NCBI GenBank assembly: GCA_028534125.1
Contig: CM052818.1
Location: 42,720,001-42,784,000, forward strand
Length of the DNA stretch: 64,000 bases
Source of the DNA: Lama glama
Lineage: Eukaryota
Direction: 5' to 3'
The position numbers were made by a program, and so were the translations under genes. Position 1 is the stretch's first letter. Each line of letters opens with the position of its first letter. This document shows, one piece after another, positions 24,101-36,427 of this stretch. The notes below the pieces were generated by a model. That model did not search any database. It was not told the DNA's origin and saw only the letters and a program-made list of their open reading frames with translations.

Positions 24101-24798
24101 GGCTCTCCTCGCCCTTCCAGGACCACCCTGGGTGCACTGAGCATCTACTGCAGGCCCGAAACTGCAACGGGCATCTCATATTTGTCATCTAATTTCACTG
24201 GCTGAGCGACCCCGGGAGACAGAGATAGTTCCCCTATTTGCAGATGAGCACGATGGCATTAAAGGAAACTAAGAGATGTGCCTAAAGTGAAAAATCTAGC
24301 CTCTAGTACCTTTTAGCAGTTTGAAACAGGGTGAACAGAAGGTAGAAAGCATTAAGATGGAACAGAAAGTGTAAGAAAGAGGAGGCAGGGGGTAGATTCA
24401 ACTTCAGTTGGAAATGGGACATCAGGCCACTTCTTAATGCGGCTGCTTCCCAGAGTCACTGCGAGGGTTGTTTTATCACACTGCATTTGCAGGGAAAGTC
24501 TCAAGATGGGAGGTGGTCGTCTGTATGGCAGAGGGGATGCAGGGAAGAGAGGCTAGGCAGACTGGTTCAGGGGCATCGCCCAAGAAACCTGGGCTTTCTT
24601 GGCACAAAGATATCTACCACCTGGCCAAATACTCACTGCTGTACTAAAAGATGTCTTTTTCCAAGTAAGAAGACGGCTGTGTCCTCAATCCAGGCAACCC
24701 ATTCACCTAATATCAAGAGCGTCTGGAAAATGTGATTGGCAACAGAAGAGTGCTTGATGAGCTGGGAATTAAAGCAAAAGAAGGTGATCTGTAGAGCC

Positions 24799-25011
24799 CA
24801 GGGCTTGGCTTGCAGGCAAAATCTGACCCACCATCTGTCTTTGTCAATAAAGTTTTATTGAACACAGCCATGCCTGCTTCTTTACAAGGGTCCCTGGCTG
24901 CTTTCACGTTACAGCAGCAGGGCCGCGCAGCTGCAACAGAGAGCAGATAGCGTGCGAATCCTATGATATTAACCATCTTGTCCTTGACAGAAAACCCCTT
25001 GTCAACCCCTG
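24799..25011. mobile_element. MER58A-like hAT-Charlie MITE
   Basis: TIRs cagggcttggc / tgtcaacccctg. Internal 'tgtcaataaagttttattgaacacagccatgcc...ggctgctttcacgttacagcagcag'. Confidence 0.85.
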
Positions 25012-25149
25012 ATCTAGTCCATACAGACTTGATGCACCTTATTTCGTATTCCCACGTCCTGTAATTCCATTTCTCCAGATCTCTCAGGTCTGTCTCTCGT
25101 CCTGTCATTCCCATTGTTTTATGTAAGAGCCTCGGAGGGCTGCCGATAA

Positions 25150-25600
25150 CTAATCCCAAATCAAAGAACTTGGGTGAAAAAGGAGGGCATAGCTGGCCCA
25201 TATAGCAGGTCCGGGGCTGAGCTGGCTTGTAAACACCTAGAATGGGAGGCTCAGAAGCCATCTTTGTTTTCATTCTCTGACTCTCTGTGTGTATTTTTTT
25301 TCCATCACTTTTATTCTCACCTACTGTAGAGGCTACTTCTCACTGGGAGGAGTGACTGTTGGCTGCTTTGGGTGTTGGTAAGTGAAGGGCTTTCTTTCCC
25401 TGGCTCAAGGTTGAAAGGTCTTGGCAAAGCCTTCTGATTGGTCCAACTTTTAGTCACGTATCCCTTCCTGGGACCGATCCCTGTGGCCAGTGACAGAAGG
25501 TAGTGGGGAACCATCATGGGTCCAGGGTCCAGCCTGGCTCCTGTGGACACGGTCTAAAGAAGAAGGAGGACCACAGCAGATCCAGGGCCTGGGCTCTGGG
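25150..25600 (-). mobile_element. Old MaLR LTR (MLT1K/L-like)
   Basis: 'ttctgattggtccaacttttagtcacgtatcccttcctgggaccgatccctgtggccag'. Confidence 0.6.
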
Positions 25601-28600
25601 CAGCTATGCTGCACTGAACATCACTTACAACCGATTTCCTCCAGCCCTACCTTCTTCCTTCAAGCCCTCAGCACATCTCTTCGGACCAACTGCAGTCTTC
25701 TCATCTCACCCAGTTCGAGGCATCCTAGGCCCTGCTGCTGGAGGATGGCTAAATGCAATCTCCTCAGGTCCTTACACTTAATCTTAAAACACTGGGATCA
25801 TCTCCATCCCGTCTCTTCCCCCCCGCAGCCTAGTGACCAATAGGAGAACCTCATAAGCAGCTCTCGATTCTCTCTTTCAGTCCTTCTCCTTTCACTCCCT
25901 TGTACACACCCTTCACCCCAGACAGAAAGATCAGGTCCATCTGTAGTTCCTTCTACACGTCTGTGAATCACACACTGCTCTCTGTGCCCAGAATACTCTG
26001 TCATCCTTATTCATCTGGTGAGCTTCTGGCTCCCAGCTCCCTTTCTGAATCCTTGGAACGCCCCAGTGGGTTTACCGTGAGCACCAAGAAAGCAGGCTCA
26101 CGGCTCATTCACCCACGTGTTCAGATACAGTGCCGCCCCTGCTGCAGTTACTTAGGGACAAAGCAAGTGATTCTGGTTCTGCTCCCCCGCCCCTCCCTGC
26201 GTGGAAATGTCTTTTCAGTGATCAACACCCCTCCCTGTTTTCCTTTCTCAATTTCTCTGTCTGTGCTCACCAGGTATTTAAAATGGCATGTTCTTTCTTT
26301 GCCTGGATCAACCTCATTGAATAGGATCTACACTGGACCTGCTCTTTTCTGCATTTTCTCGTTCTTGGAGCCAAACGCACCTGGTCTTCATTCCCAAGAA
26401 CCACCTAGATTCCCAGCTTGACTGGGGAAGTAATCTGTTATGGTTTTGAGAAAATTTTCAGAATCCCCATAGTATAATACATACACACACACACACAAGT
26501 AAGTGCATATGCGTGTATTTCTATAATGTGTTTACACACATTATGTAATATACAGATATCAGTAATCCTCAAAAATCCCTCAGATCCAAATTGGATTATT
26601 TCCAGGCGAATCTTTGGAGCAGATTTCAAGACCGAACAGACTTAGAGGCAGGGAATCTGCATTTAAGAGCTGTAGGTTCTACTTGTTTAAACCTCATCCA
26701 TTTCAACATTTGAAGAGAATAAGATTTGGAATCACGGGTCCAGGATTTGAGCCTTGGCTCCCCCCTTGCTGAATAATCGCAGGGAGATTTTACTCAATTG
26801 CCGTGCATCTTTATTTCTGCATTTAGATCGTAGTCACCTCTCATAGGTTAGTGACCAAAGTTAAAAGAGAATGTATAGGGAAGTGATTGAGAGACTGTGA
26901 AACGCTATGAAAAAATACCAGTTATTACAGAAATAGAGAGCAAAGAATTCAAACACGAAATGTTTAATGTGCTCTCCCTGGGGAAAATATTTTAACCACT
27001 CCCCGCCACAATCTGCTGTTTCCCCAACAAAGGATGATGTGGAGCCTCCCAGGTAACTTAATTACCTGGAGGAACGACAGCTTTAGCAGAGCTTCACAAC
27101 TGCCATCTGAGGACCCTGGCGGGTTTCAAACAGAAATGGAACCGGAGCAAACAGATGTGGCCGCCTCTCCCCGGGTCCCCTCGCTGGGGAGGTGCAGCTT
27201 CTGTTCCGCCTTTATCTCAAGCAGTTGGACTTTGAAGTGTGACTGTGCTTTTGTGAAACGACCCCCCGCCTCTTCCCCGTGGAGGCTTGATTATCTGTAC
27301 TTTTCCGGAGGACGGCCGTTTGCCCAGGTGACTCCATGCTGACGGGCAGGGACAGAGATTCTCCGCAGAGCATCATGGGTGCTGTGGGAACGGGAGGGGT
27401 GGAGGTGCAGATTTTAGAAGCCTGTGCCCACCTCAGATGGAGCGGGCTGACGGGCCCCGACAATAAACGCAGCTGTTGACACTGAAGAGACGGCCCAGGC
27501 CTTCTTTAACTGTCACACAGTTTTGGCAGCAATGCTGGGATATTTGTGGAACTGCTCAGAAGTCTTCCCTTTCCCCAGTTTGGAAGAAAACCAACGTAAG
27601 CAGTGTTTGGAAGGAGATAACAGCAGAGGTGGCGAGTAAGGAAACCAAAATTTACAAGCTGTCTCTTGGTCTCCACATTTGCTTTTCTGCCTTGATCATA
27701 TCAGTGTTTGTAAATAACTTGTGTTTTTCCCTTCCGCTTTGTGTGCGCTTACAAATCTGCTACATGCAGGGTGATACTGGGAGCTATTTACAAGGTGTTC
27801 TGGGAAATGTGTTCACTCTGCTCCCCGACGAGTGAGAAGTTTTTCAAGGGGCTGTTATTTCACATCCGGAGCTCCAGCAGGCACTAGGCAGTAGACCCAA
27901 CACACACATGTGGTCTGTGCCCCGTTAATATTAAAAATGCATTAGTCAGTCTAAACTTTTCTTTTGTATTTCCTAAGGCTGATCAATCAGCAATGAATTG
28001 ATCCTATTTGTAGAGAAAGAACAGATTTCAAATGACAAAACCAGAGCATTTCTCAGAATTCTGAGAAGGACTGGCACTTTGTTGTTGTTTTTTTCCCCCA
28101 ATGACAACAAAACTTCAAGTCTTGGAAGTATGTCGGATTTGGAGAGGCACTTCTCTCTCTGAGTCTGTGCACCCCAGATGGAGTGGTTGTTCCAGGAAAA
28201 CAATCATGGTTATGTTCAGGAGAGCTTACTTGGCAAGCAAATTAAGATCGAACTCATGCTATTGTGACATAATGTAGGAGTTTATCATTGCAATTTGTTA
28301 TGAAACAGTTGGACTGCATCCCAAGGAGGGATATTTTAACGCTGCGTGGAGAAAACGGAAGGCATGGCATTGCGAGGTCGGATGAGACCGCAGAGGAAGA
28401 CTGGCTCTGAGGAGGCCTTGCTGTTGGGGATTTACTTCGTGAAACCACGGAAGGCCCAGGTCTGGCCCCTAATCTCACGGATCTGGAAACTCAACCTCAC
28501 CAATGTCCCAGAGTTGACCATATTTGGAAAGTCCAATTGATACCGAGTAAACTCAGGTCTAGAGACTGAGAACAATGTTGTTTGTTGATCAGGAGAAATA

Positions 28601-29359
28601 GAATTGACAGGCCAGTCCTTCTTTTTGGCTTGATCAATACATACACACCCTGTAGGCAAACCCCACAGGAAGGCAAGGTGCCCAGTACGCTTGGAATCAG
28701 GGAGAGGCAGATAGTTCCATCAACTGCGTGTGGCCTCCTGCATCCAACTTCACCGCGCATTGTGTCCGCTGTTGGGATGGTAGACTCATCCTTTAAGTGC
28801 CCAACGGGCCACATTTGGCCCGAGGGGCCGTGGGTTGCCTCCTGATGTCTCCCTCAGCTGCTCGCCCTGCCTGGCCCGGGCCTTCCAATCTTCTCAATAC
28901 ACCCCCTGCACCGTTCTTTAACTGTGATAACACTTCCAGGTGCATTAAAGTCGGGGCCAGACCAATCACGTGTCTTCCCTTCAAAATGGCATCCATCAAA
29001 TATTCGCTCAGGACTTCCTTAGGGTTGAAGTGGAGCTCCACACAGAGGAGACACTGTGGAGCCTGCCAACCATACTCCTCGTTGAAAGAGATTTTCCCCG
29101 ATAAATTTTGTTTTCTTCTAATACACGCGTGCGCGCACACACACAGACACTTTATTCAAGGATATTTTAGAACATTTTCAATCAGGGCTACAGGCAGCTA
29201 CCTGCTGCCTTGCTTCTGACTCCAGCTAAATTCAGAAATAATTCTTTGCCTGGCCAGAGAACCCTTTGCTCTGTTTATGATTGAGAGTAAATAGACTTGT
29301 GTGTATCTCTAAAGCCTGTCGATTCACTTTATTTTGTTTGAAAAAACATCACTTATGTA

Positions 29360-29625
29360 TCTACCCATGCAGCAAATGTTAGCTGATCACCTTCTAGGTG
29401 GAGCCCTGCCCGAATTAATTATATAGAGAAGGATGACATGCAGTCAGTTCCCCAAGAGCCACGTCTCCGGAGGGAGACAGGTGGGTGAACAGACCATTGT
29501 AACTCAGGGTGGTGAGAGCAGCAGTGGGGAGGTGCCAGGCAACTTGGGAGAACAGAGAAAGGCAACTAACCTGAGAATGACGGTGGGTTTTGGAGAGACT
29601 TCCTGTGGGCGCTGCTTGAGAAGTA
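29360..29625 (-). mobile_element. L2 fragment
   Basis: 'cagcaaatgttagctgatcaccttctaggtg...ttcccaagagccacgtctccgggagggagacagg...cattgtaactcagggtggtgag'. Confidence 0.55.
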
Positions 29626-29799
29626 ACCGGCCTTGGATGGGTGCGGGAGGGCTTGTTCGGCAGAATAGAAACCTGAACTTACCCGTGATGAGCTGAATCC
29701 ATGGTTTAATTCCAAAGGCAGCATGAACTCTCTCCCAGTTTTCCAGCCCTAGGGTTCATCCCAGTCTGGCCCAAGCACCTCCTACACGAGGGAGTGAGA

Positions 29800-29818
29800 G
29801 CCCCACTAGGTGGCAGGA
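29800..29818 (+). promoter_or_regulatory. Candidate CTCF binding site
   Basis: gccCCACTAGGTGGCAGga fits the CTCF core CCACYAGRKGGCRS without mismatch. It lies in non-repetitive sequence. Confidence 0.55.
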
Positions 29819-29960
29819 CTCCCGGATCCAATAATAACCATGATTAGACGTCCAGTACTTTATTGTCTGTTAAACAAATCCACACTGATGGTCTCACTTG
29901 ATTTTCTCAGTTAGCCTCACACAACTGGAGTGATGTCACTCACAGGTCCTGTCTGGCATC

Positions 29961-30097
29961 GTCTAGAGACATTCTGGATTGTTGTACTGGGTGTGGGGAG
30001 GTTGGTACTGATTTCTCTTTGGTGGAGAGATGCCCCTAAACATCCCGCGATGCTCAGGACACCCCAAATGTCACAGTGCTGAGGCTGAGAAGCCCTG
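29961..30097. mobile_element. MER20 fragment (inside a MIR remnant)
   Basis: 'tctagagacattctggattgttgtactggg...gatgcccctaaacatcccgcgatgctcaggaca...ccaaatgtcacagtgctgaggctgagaagccctg'. Confidence 0.75.
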
Positions 30098-30794
30098 TCC
30101 TGTGATTATCTCCATATTTAAAAAGGGAAACAGAGTTCATAGGTCCAGCTGTGTCCAAATTAGCTGTGTGATCTTTGGCAAACCATTTAATCACGAGCTC
30201 TAATTCTCCTACTGACAAAATGAATACTTACTTTAAGATTAAATAATCTATATGATCTTTTCCAAATCTAAGAGTTGGTGAGTCCATGGATTCAAATATA
30301 AATTTCGAGTGACAAATCAGCAAACAGATTTTTCCTGCTGCAGAAGTTACTGTGGAATACACTGATTTTACAATGCAGTGTTTTATTTGAACAATAAATA
30401 CTGGGTTCACTCATCTAGACACTTGGCGGGGGATGCCTTAAATGTACATGGCTCGGTGACTTTCCAGAAGGCCCTGCTCTCTGCCTCCAACCTCCTCTCT
30501 CCTCCCCAGCAGCAGAAGCTGCAAACTCAAGGTACCCCCAGGACTATCGAGAAATGTAACCAAAAGGACAGAATGGTTCCCATGGAGACAATGTGGTTTC
30601 TAGAACTTGTTGAGGTCATTAAAGATTATCTGTGTCCTTCAGCACCCCTCCTCCCCACCCCACACAGATTCTCCACACTCTCCATCCCCTGGCCACCTGC
30701 GCATCCTGCCCTCACAGACAGGTGCTGTGGTGTTTTGGGAAAAGTGCGTGGAGAATCGCCCCTTTGAAGCGTAAGCCAGTTGCTAAAATACAGT

Positions 30795-30925
30795 GAGGAT
30801 AATAACCTCAACTCATTGAACTCTTACCATGTACTTTTTATATGACAGCCCTTGAAGGTGAGTATTATTCTTTCTACTTGACAGATGAAGAAACTGAGGC
30901 TTAGAGAGATTAAGTAACATGCTTT
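30795..30925 (-). mobile_element. MIR
   Basis: 'ttgacagatgaagaaactgaggcttagagagattaagtaacatgc'. Confidence 0.8.
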
Positions 30926-30928
30926 GAG

Positions 30929-30969
30929 TTTTTGTTTTGTTTTGATTTGATTTTGTTTTGTTTTGTTTT
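30929..30969. repeat. (TTTTG)n simple repeat
   Basis: Imperfect ttttg array. Confidence 0.85.
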
Positions 30970-32055
30970 GGAAAGGAATAATGAAAATGTGACAAAAGAT
31001 GTGAGTGTTAAATGGGAAACGATTAAATTTATGATCCAGATGAGATGGAGGGGAGGGTATTTGTTGCATAGTCTTTACAAGACCTTTGATGCATACATGT
31101 ACCAGGGCTGGTGAAGCAGGGTAGCATGATGGGGAAACGTGGTCTTTATAAGCCTAAATTTCCTCACTTACAAAACTGAGCTCATAATTCTTGCCTTTGA
31201 GGTTGAATATTGTATGTTAAATGCAAACTATGATGCCTAGAATATAGTAGATGCTTAGTAAGTAATGGTACTATCATTCCTGCTATCTGACCTTTTGTGC
31301 AGATGCGATCTCTGATACCATCAAAGCTGGGAAGAGGCAGAAAAATTGGAAGAGTGTTGAATTAACCTACCTGAGTTTGCTCAACATCAGCAATTTTTAT
31401 ATGTTGTCCATACTAATTCCACCGAATCTCCCAGCATGTCTTGGCAGTTCTGCAAATTTACAGGGCTTGGTCCATGAACATTGTTTGGCAATTTCTTATT
31501 CAGTTGGATTCATAAATTGAGCCATTTCTTGACCACCTTATCTGCCAGTTTATTCAACTCTCTTTGTTCCCATTCCAAGTTCATTCTTGAAGGAAATGTT
31601 TCATATTTAGATTTGATAAAAATAAATCTAGTTCTTTCTCTACATTAGGTGATCTGCTAGGCACTGTCACTCATTATTTGGGTCCCCACGGTGATACTGC
31701 CCAGTGGGACTACAAAGTTGAGGACCCTTACTGATCCTCAACAATTTAATGCCCCCTCTGAGAATCTGACATCAGCCTCTCTCTCCTGTTGCTGCCACAG
31801 GAAAGGAAAGAGCCAGCGGAGAGGGAAGGGATAAGATGGAAACATTCCCCAGTCTGCTGAAAAGCATTGCCTTCTGGTCAACACGTAGAGTTAAAGGAAA
31901 TTACAACCACTGCAGCGAGTGATTTCCAGTTACAAAGGCAAAGTCTTGTTTTTACCGGAGAAGAGATACTTAATGAATCAGAGTAAATAGAATGACTTTG
32001 TACATCTGTGCGTACATCCCAGGCAGGGGTTGTTTTCATATTTCCCAAGAGAAGC

Positions 32056-32508
32056 TATACAGGATGGAATCATGCCCCAATCCCCAAAGTCATGTCCATG
32101 CAGAACCTTAGAATGTGACCATATTTGGAAATAAAGTCTTTGAAGATGTAATCGAAGTTAAGATGAGGTCATACTGGAGTAGGATGGACCCTGAATCCAA
32201 TATGACTGGTGTCTTTCTGAGATAAGGAGAAGACACAGAGACACAAGGGAGAACCCTACACTGGGGCAGAGACAGAGATTGGAGAGATGTGTCTACAAGC
32301 CAAAGGATGACAAGGCTTGCTGGAAACCACCAGAAGCTAGGAGACAGTCATGGTACAGATCCTTCTTCAGAGTGTTCAGAAGGCACCATGCCTGCCAATA
32401 CTTTAATTTCGTACATCTAGATTCCAGAACTGTGAAATGACACATTTCTGTTGATCCAGCCATCCAGTTCATGATAACTTGTTACAGCAGCCCTGTGACA
32501 CTAACGCA
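32056..32508 (+). mobile_element. MaLR solo LTR, MLT1C-like
   Basis: 'gaaccttagaatgtgaccatatttggaaataaagtctttgaagatgtaat...gttaagatgaggtcatactggagtagg...ccaccagaagctagg...ttgttacagcagccctgtgacactaacgca'. Confidence 0.9.
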
Positions 32509-33529
32509 GAGGTCTTGTTCATAAAACCTCGGTAAAGAACTTTACCGAGGTGCTTTGGGACCTTGATGGACCTAATGATCAATCAGAATTCACCATCATC
32601 ACCTTCCATTGGGTACCACTTTTCTTTAAGCTGCCAGAATATCAGCCATACAAAGTGGTGTCACAGAGACCTTTGACTATAGATTATTTCCTGGATGGAA
32701 ATTGCCAGGTGCTGGGAAGTTATCCCAACACGCCTTCCCAGCTTAAAATTCTCCTTTAGTCTTCATTTGACTATTGTTTTGTTTTGTTTTTCAATTGACC
32801 TTTGTTTTAAATTGAACTTGAGCAAAAATAATGGGATTTGATATGACAATAAGATACTGGTTCAGTTTTCTATTACTACGAGAATTCAGTTCATAGTGTG
32901 AAGAGTGCCGGTGGGTCTTACTGAATGTGTCCCAATTTATGATTAATGTGTGAAAGGAGTGGAGGTGTTTTAAAGAATGTCCTTAAGGTTTAAATCCTCT
33001 CCAGCCTCAAAACAACCAAGAGAACAGCAAGACCAGCCAGTTCTTACCAGAATCATCATCGGGACTGCAAACCTTTGTTCCTTTTGACTCTATAGGAGAC
33101 ACAAAAGAAAACAAAGTCATGTAAAAGTCAGTACTTAGGACAGGTAGAGCAGATGAGTAACTTTGGAGTACTTGAAGGGGTAGTCTGTTGGGAAATTGGT
33201 ATCCAGGAAGAATGAGGCATGGTTTTGGAGCCGGTATTTGGGAAAAAAGGTGAAAATTCCAGATGCCAGGTCATTGAAACCCATGGCGTTGTCTTTAGAC
33301 TTTTCTGTGTAGCCAAGTAGACCTTGAGCCGAGCTAAGGAATAAAGGGAGAGGTGAGGAGATGGGTTATTGAAATCACTCTGATTTCTGTTGGAGGAGAA
33401 ATATGGAACAAAGATGAGAAGGGTCAGGACTCTAACCATCCCCACTTTTTCCTCATAGTGTAGCTGAGCTTGACAGTCTCGCCTCCCATTGCTTCATCTC
33501 CTGAAATTGTGAATACGTGGTGGGCACCT

Positions 33530-33750
33530 AGAAAGCGTCTTACTACTCATTATTTCATTTGGTCCCCACACACGCTCCGACATACACACAGACAACTGTG
33601 CATACATATCTGTACTCCACTTTTACTTGAGACTCAGAGAGGTTAAAAAAAATTTCCCTAAATCACACAGCAAGTAAACAAATGAGTTGAAATTCAACTA
33701 TGAATCTGATTCCAAATCCTAGCTTTTTCCATGTGTACTCTGTTGTCTTG
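33530..33750 (-). mobile_element. MIR
   Basis: 'gagactcagagaggttaa...tttccctaaatcacacagcaagtaaa...tctgattccaaatcc'. Confidence 0.7.
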
Positions 33751-34359
33751 GAGAACTCCTGTTAAGCTACTTCCTTTGATGGCTCTGAAAGGCTGACCAA
33801 TACAAATCTAATCGCTAAGCTAGTCATTAATGCTAATACAGCACTCTCAAATAGGCTAGTTGTGGAAATTATATTTTTACTAAAATCTATCAAATTTATA
33901 TCTTTTCTGTTTTGAATGTCAAGAGACGTGCATTTTAATTCCCCCCCAAAGTCTCCCTCTTCTTCCAAACAGGCACATTTCTTTAAATAGATCTTCCAGG
34001 GTATATAGAATAATTTCTAATGTCTATTTCACTGAAGATGTTCACATGGGAACTAGGGATACAACAGTGTTACTCTAAATTACCTTGAAGCTAGAGATGG
34101 CATATTTCTTCACGTAATTTAACACAGGATGAAAGCAATGGTGTCAAAAATCTTAAAACGTCAAAGCAACTACCAGTGTGTATTGTTGAACTTCTCTGGA
34201 GTAATTTAATTAGTTTAAATAAAACAGCATGAATGCATGTCTTTGGGGGATAAATCCTGGCTCATCACTCTGAGTGGATCAAGTGTTTCGTTAACATCGG
34301 GTTAACTTCATTAGCAACTAGTGAAGATACTCCGAACAAATGAGGTCATGATAATAACC

Positions 34360-34570
34360 AGAAATAATATTGCTACGTACCAGGCGTGCCATATGCATCA
34401 CTGTCTTTAATTCTCATAAAACTCTATGAATAAGATTGGCTTTACTCATGTTTTAAAACAAAATCAGAGATATCTTAGGTAAGAAACTGCACGGTTAGGA
34501 CATGTACACAAGATCCCACAGCTAATCTTAACCCAGATATAAATCCAAATACAGGTTTCCCCCACTCTCC
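34360..34570 (-). mobile_element. MIR
   Basis: 'tacgtaccaggc...tctttaattctcataaaactctatga...aagatcccacagctaat'. Confidence 0.55.
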
Positions 34571-34752
34571 GAAAGTAGAGCGATCCTAAACCTTTTGTAA
34601 GCCCAAATTTTTTTGTGGAAGTAAAGTGGCCTGAAGTGAACTTTCAAAAAATGATAGATACCTGAGGACTCAGTATTTTGTTTCCTCTCCTCTGTGGCCA
34701 GAGTGGTAGACTGAAGAGGCATGGGAAATGTTAGACGCCATGTTACCCTCTG

Positions 34753-35230
34753 CTCATTCAGCCATCATCCAAAGAACATTTGTTGAGTAACTATTAAATG
34801 CCAAGCACTATGCTGTTGGCTGGTGATACAGAAGTGAATACAACAGATATGATCTCTTTTCTCTAGAAGAAAGACACATCCTGAAAGTCATCACACTAAC
34901 AATGAACAGAGTGGTGGTAAATAGTCTAAAGTAAAGAACCAAAGGCTGAAATTGAGAATGGGATTAGGGGAAAGATGGAGAGTTATCCCTGAGAAGTGAC
35001 ACTTTGGTTTAAGGATGAGAGGAGCTGGTTGTGTGAAGAGTTGAGGTGGGACATTATCTTCAAGGCAGAGCAAACAGCATGTGCAAAGGTCTGGGGCCAG
35101 AAGGAGCTGGGCATTCAGTAAGGGCCAGAGAGAGGCTTGACATGGAACTGAGAAACAGGCAGGGCCCAGTTCATGGGGACATTGTTCTTTCCTGGATTGG
35201 AATTCAGGTAGCATTGAGAGAAAAATGAGG
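34753..35230 (-). mobile_element. L2 3' portion
   Basis: 'aacatttgttgagtaactattaaatgccaagcactatgct...caaggcagagcaaacagcatgtgcaaaggtctgggg'. Confidence 0.8.
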
Positions 35231-36178
35231 AGATATGTGTAGAGAAAGAACCAAAGACACAGTGTCCCTGGAGTGGAATAATCCTGGTTTCCATGATCTG
35301 AGGAAGAAGTCCACGGACAGCTCAGCTCACAGAACCACTTTAATTCTGTTCCTCCGCGAGGCTTGGTCCTTAACACTGCTCAGGACTCCTGTGTCCCTAA
35401 TAAATTCACGGTAACTAGTTCTATTGTAGATTTCTTAGGATTTTCCATGTAAGCAATCATATCATCTACAAACAGAGACAGTTTTACTTATTTCCTTCTG
35501 ATGTGTATACCGTTCATTTATTTTTATTGCCTTATTTCAATCTTTAGGACTTTCAGCCTAGTATTGAACACAAGTGGGGAGAGTAGGCATCTTTGTCTTG
35601 TCCCAGATCCTAGGGGGAAAAGCATTTTGAATTTTATCATTAAGTATAATATCATTAGTAGGCTTTCCCAAAATGCCTTATATAATGTCAGTGAGATTTC
35701 CATCCATTTTTAGTTCAATGAGAGTTTATAATATAAGGTTATATCATGAATGGGTAATACATTATGTCCATTGCTTTTACTGCATCTATTGATCATAAGT
35801 TTTTTCTCCCTTATAAAGCTGTATCACCTTAGCACTCAGGATGGGTCTTACTTGGCTAGGATGTAGTATACATCACTAGACTTGATTTTTAAAACTTTTG
35901 CTAAGGGTATTTGCATCAATATTCATGAAGAATATGGGTTTATGCTTTTATGAGGTCTTTAAAAAAATTTAGTATTAGAGTCATGTGATTCTCATATAAT
36001 GAGTTAAGTATTTCCTCTTCTATTTTCTGAGTTTGTATAAGATTGATGTTTGTATAAGATTCTTTCTTTCTTCATTACGTGATAGAATTTACCAGTCAAA
36101 CCATCTGGGCCTAGAGTTATCTTCATGAGAAAGTTTTTAATAAGTATTTCACTTTCTTTAATTGATGTTGGGATTTTC

Positions 36179-36427
36179 TTTTTTCTTTTGTGTGTATATA
36201 TATATACACAAAAAATATTAAATATATATATTTATTGAGGTACAGTTTACAATGTTGTGTCAATTTCTGGTATGCAGCACAATGCTTCAGTCATACATGA
36301 ACATACATATGTTCTTTTTCACCATAAGTTACTATAAGATATTGAATGTAGTTCCCTGTGCTATACTGCATGAACCTGTTTATCTATTTTATATATATTA
36401 GTATCAACAAATCTCGAACTCCCAATG
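36179..36427 (-). mobile_element. Younger camelid-type L1 3'UTR fragment inserted in the old L1
   Basis: 'tttattgaggtacagtttacaatgttgtgtcaatttctggt...gttccctgtgctatac...caaatctcgaactcccaat'. TSD gatgttgggattttc (36164-36178) / catgttagggttttc (36428-36442). Confidence 0.85.

Noticed and set aside
24713..26421. 186-aa (-) and 173-aa (+) ORFs
   Set aside because: The first reads through a MER58 MITE. The second is low-information Ser/Pro/Leu-rich sequence with no recognisable domain or exon structure.
35304..35324. REST/RE1 site (ccacggacagc)
   Set aside because: Only the right half-site matches. The left half TTCAGCA is absent.
36191..36210. 20-bp palindrome tgtgtatatatatatacaca
   Set aside because: A trivial product of TG/TA microsatellite in an L1 tail.
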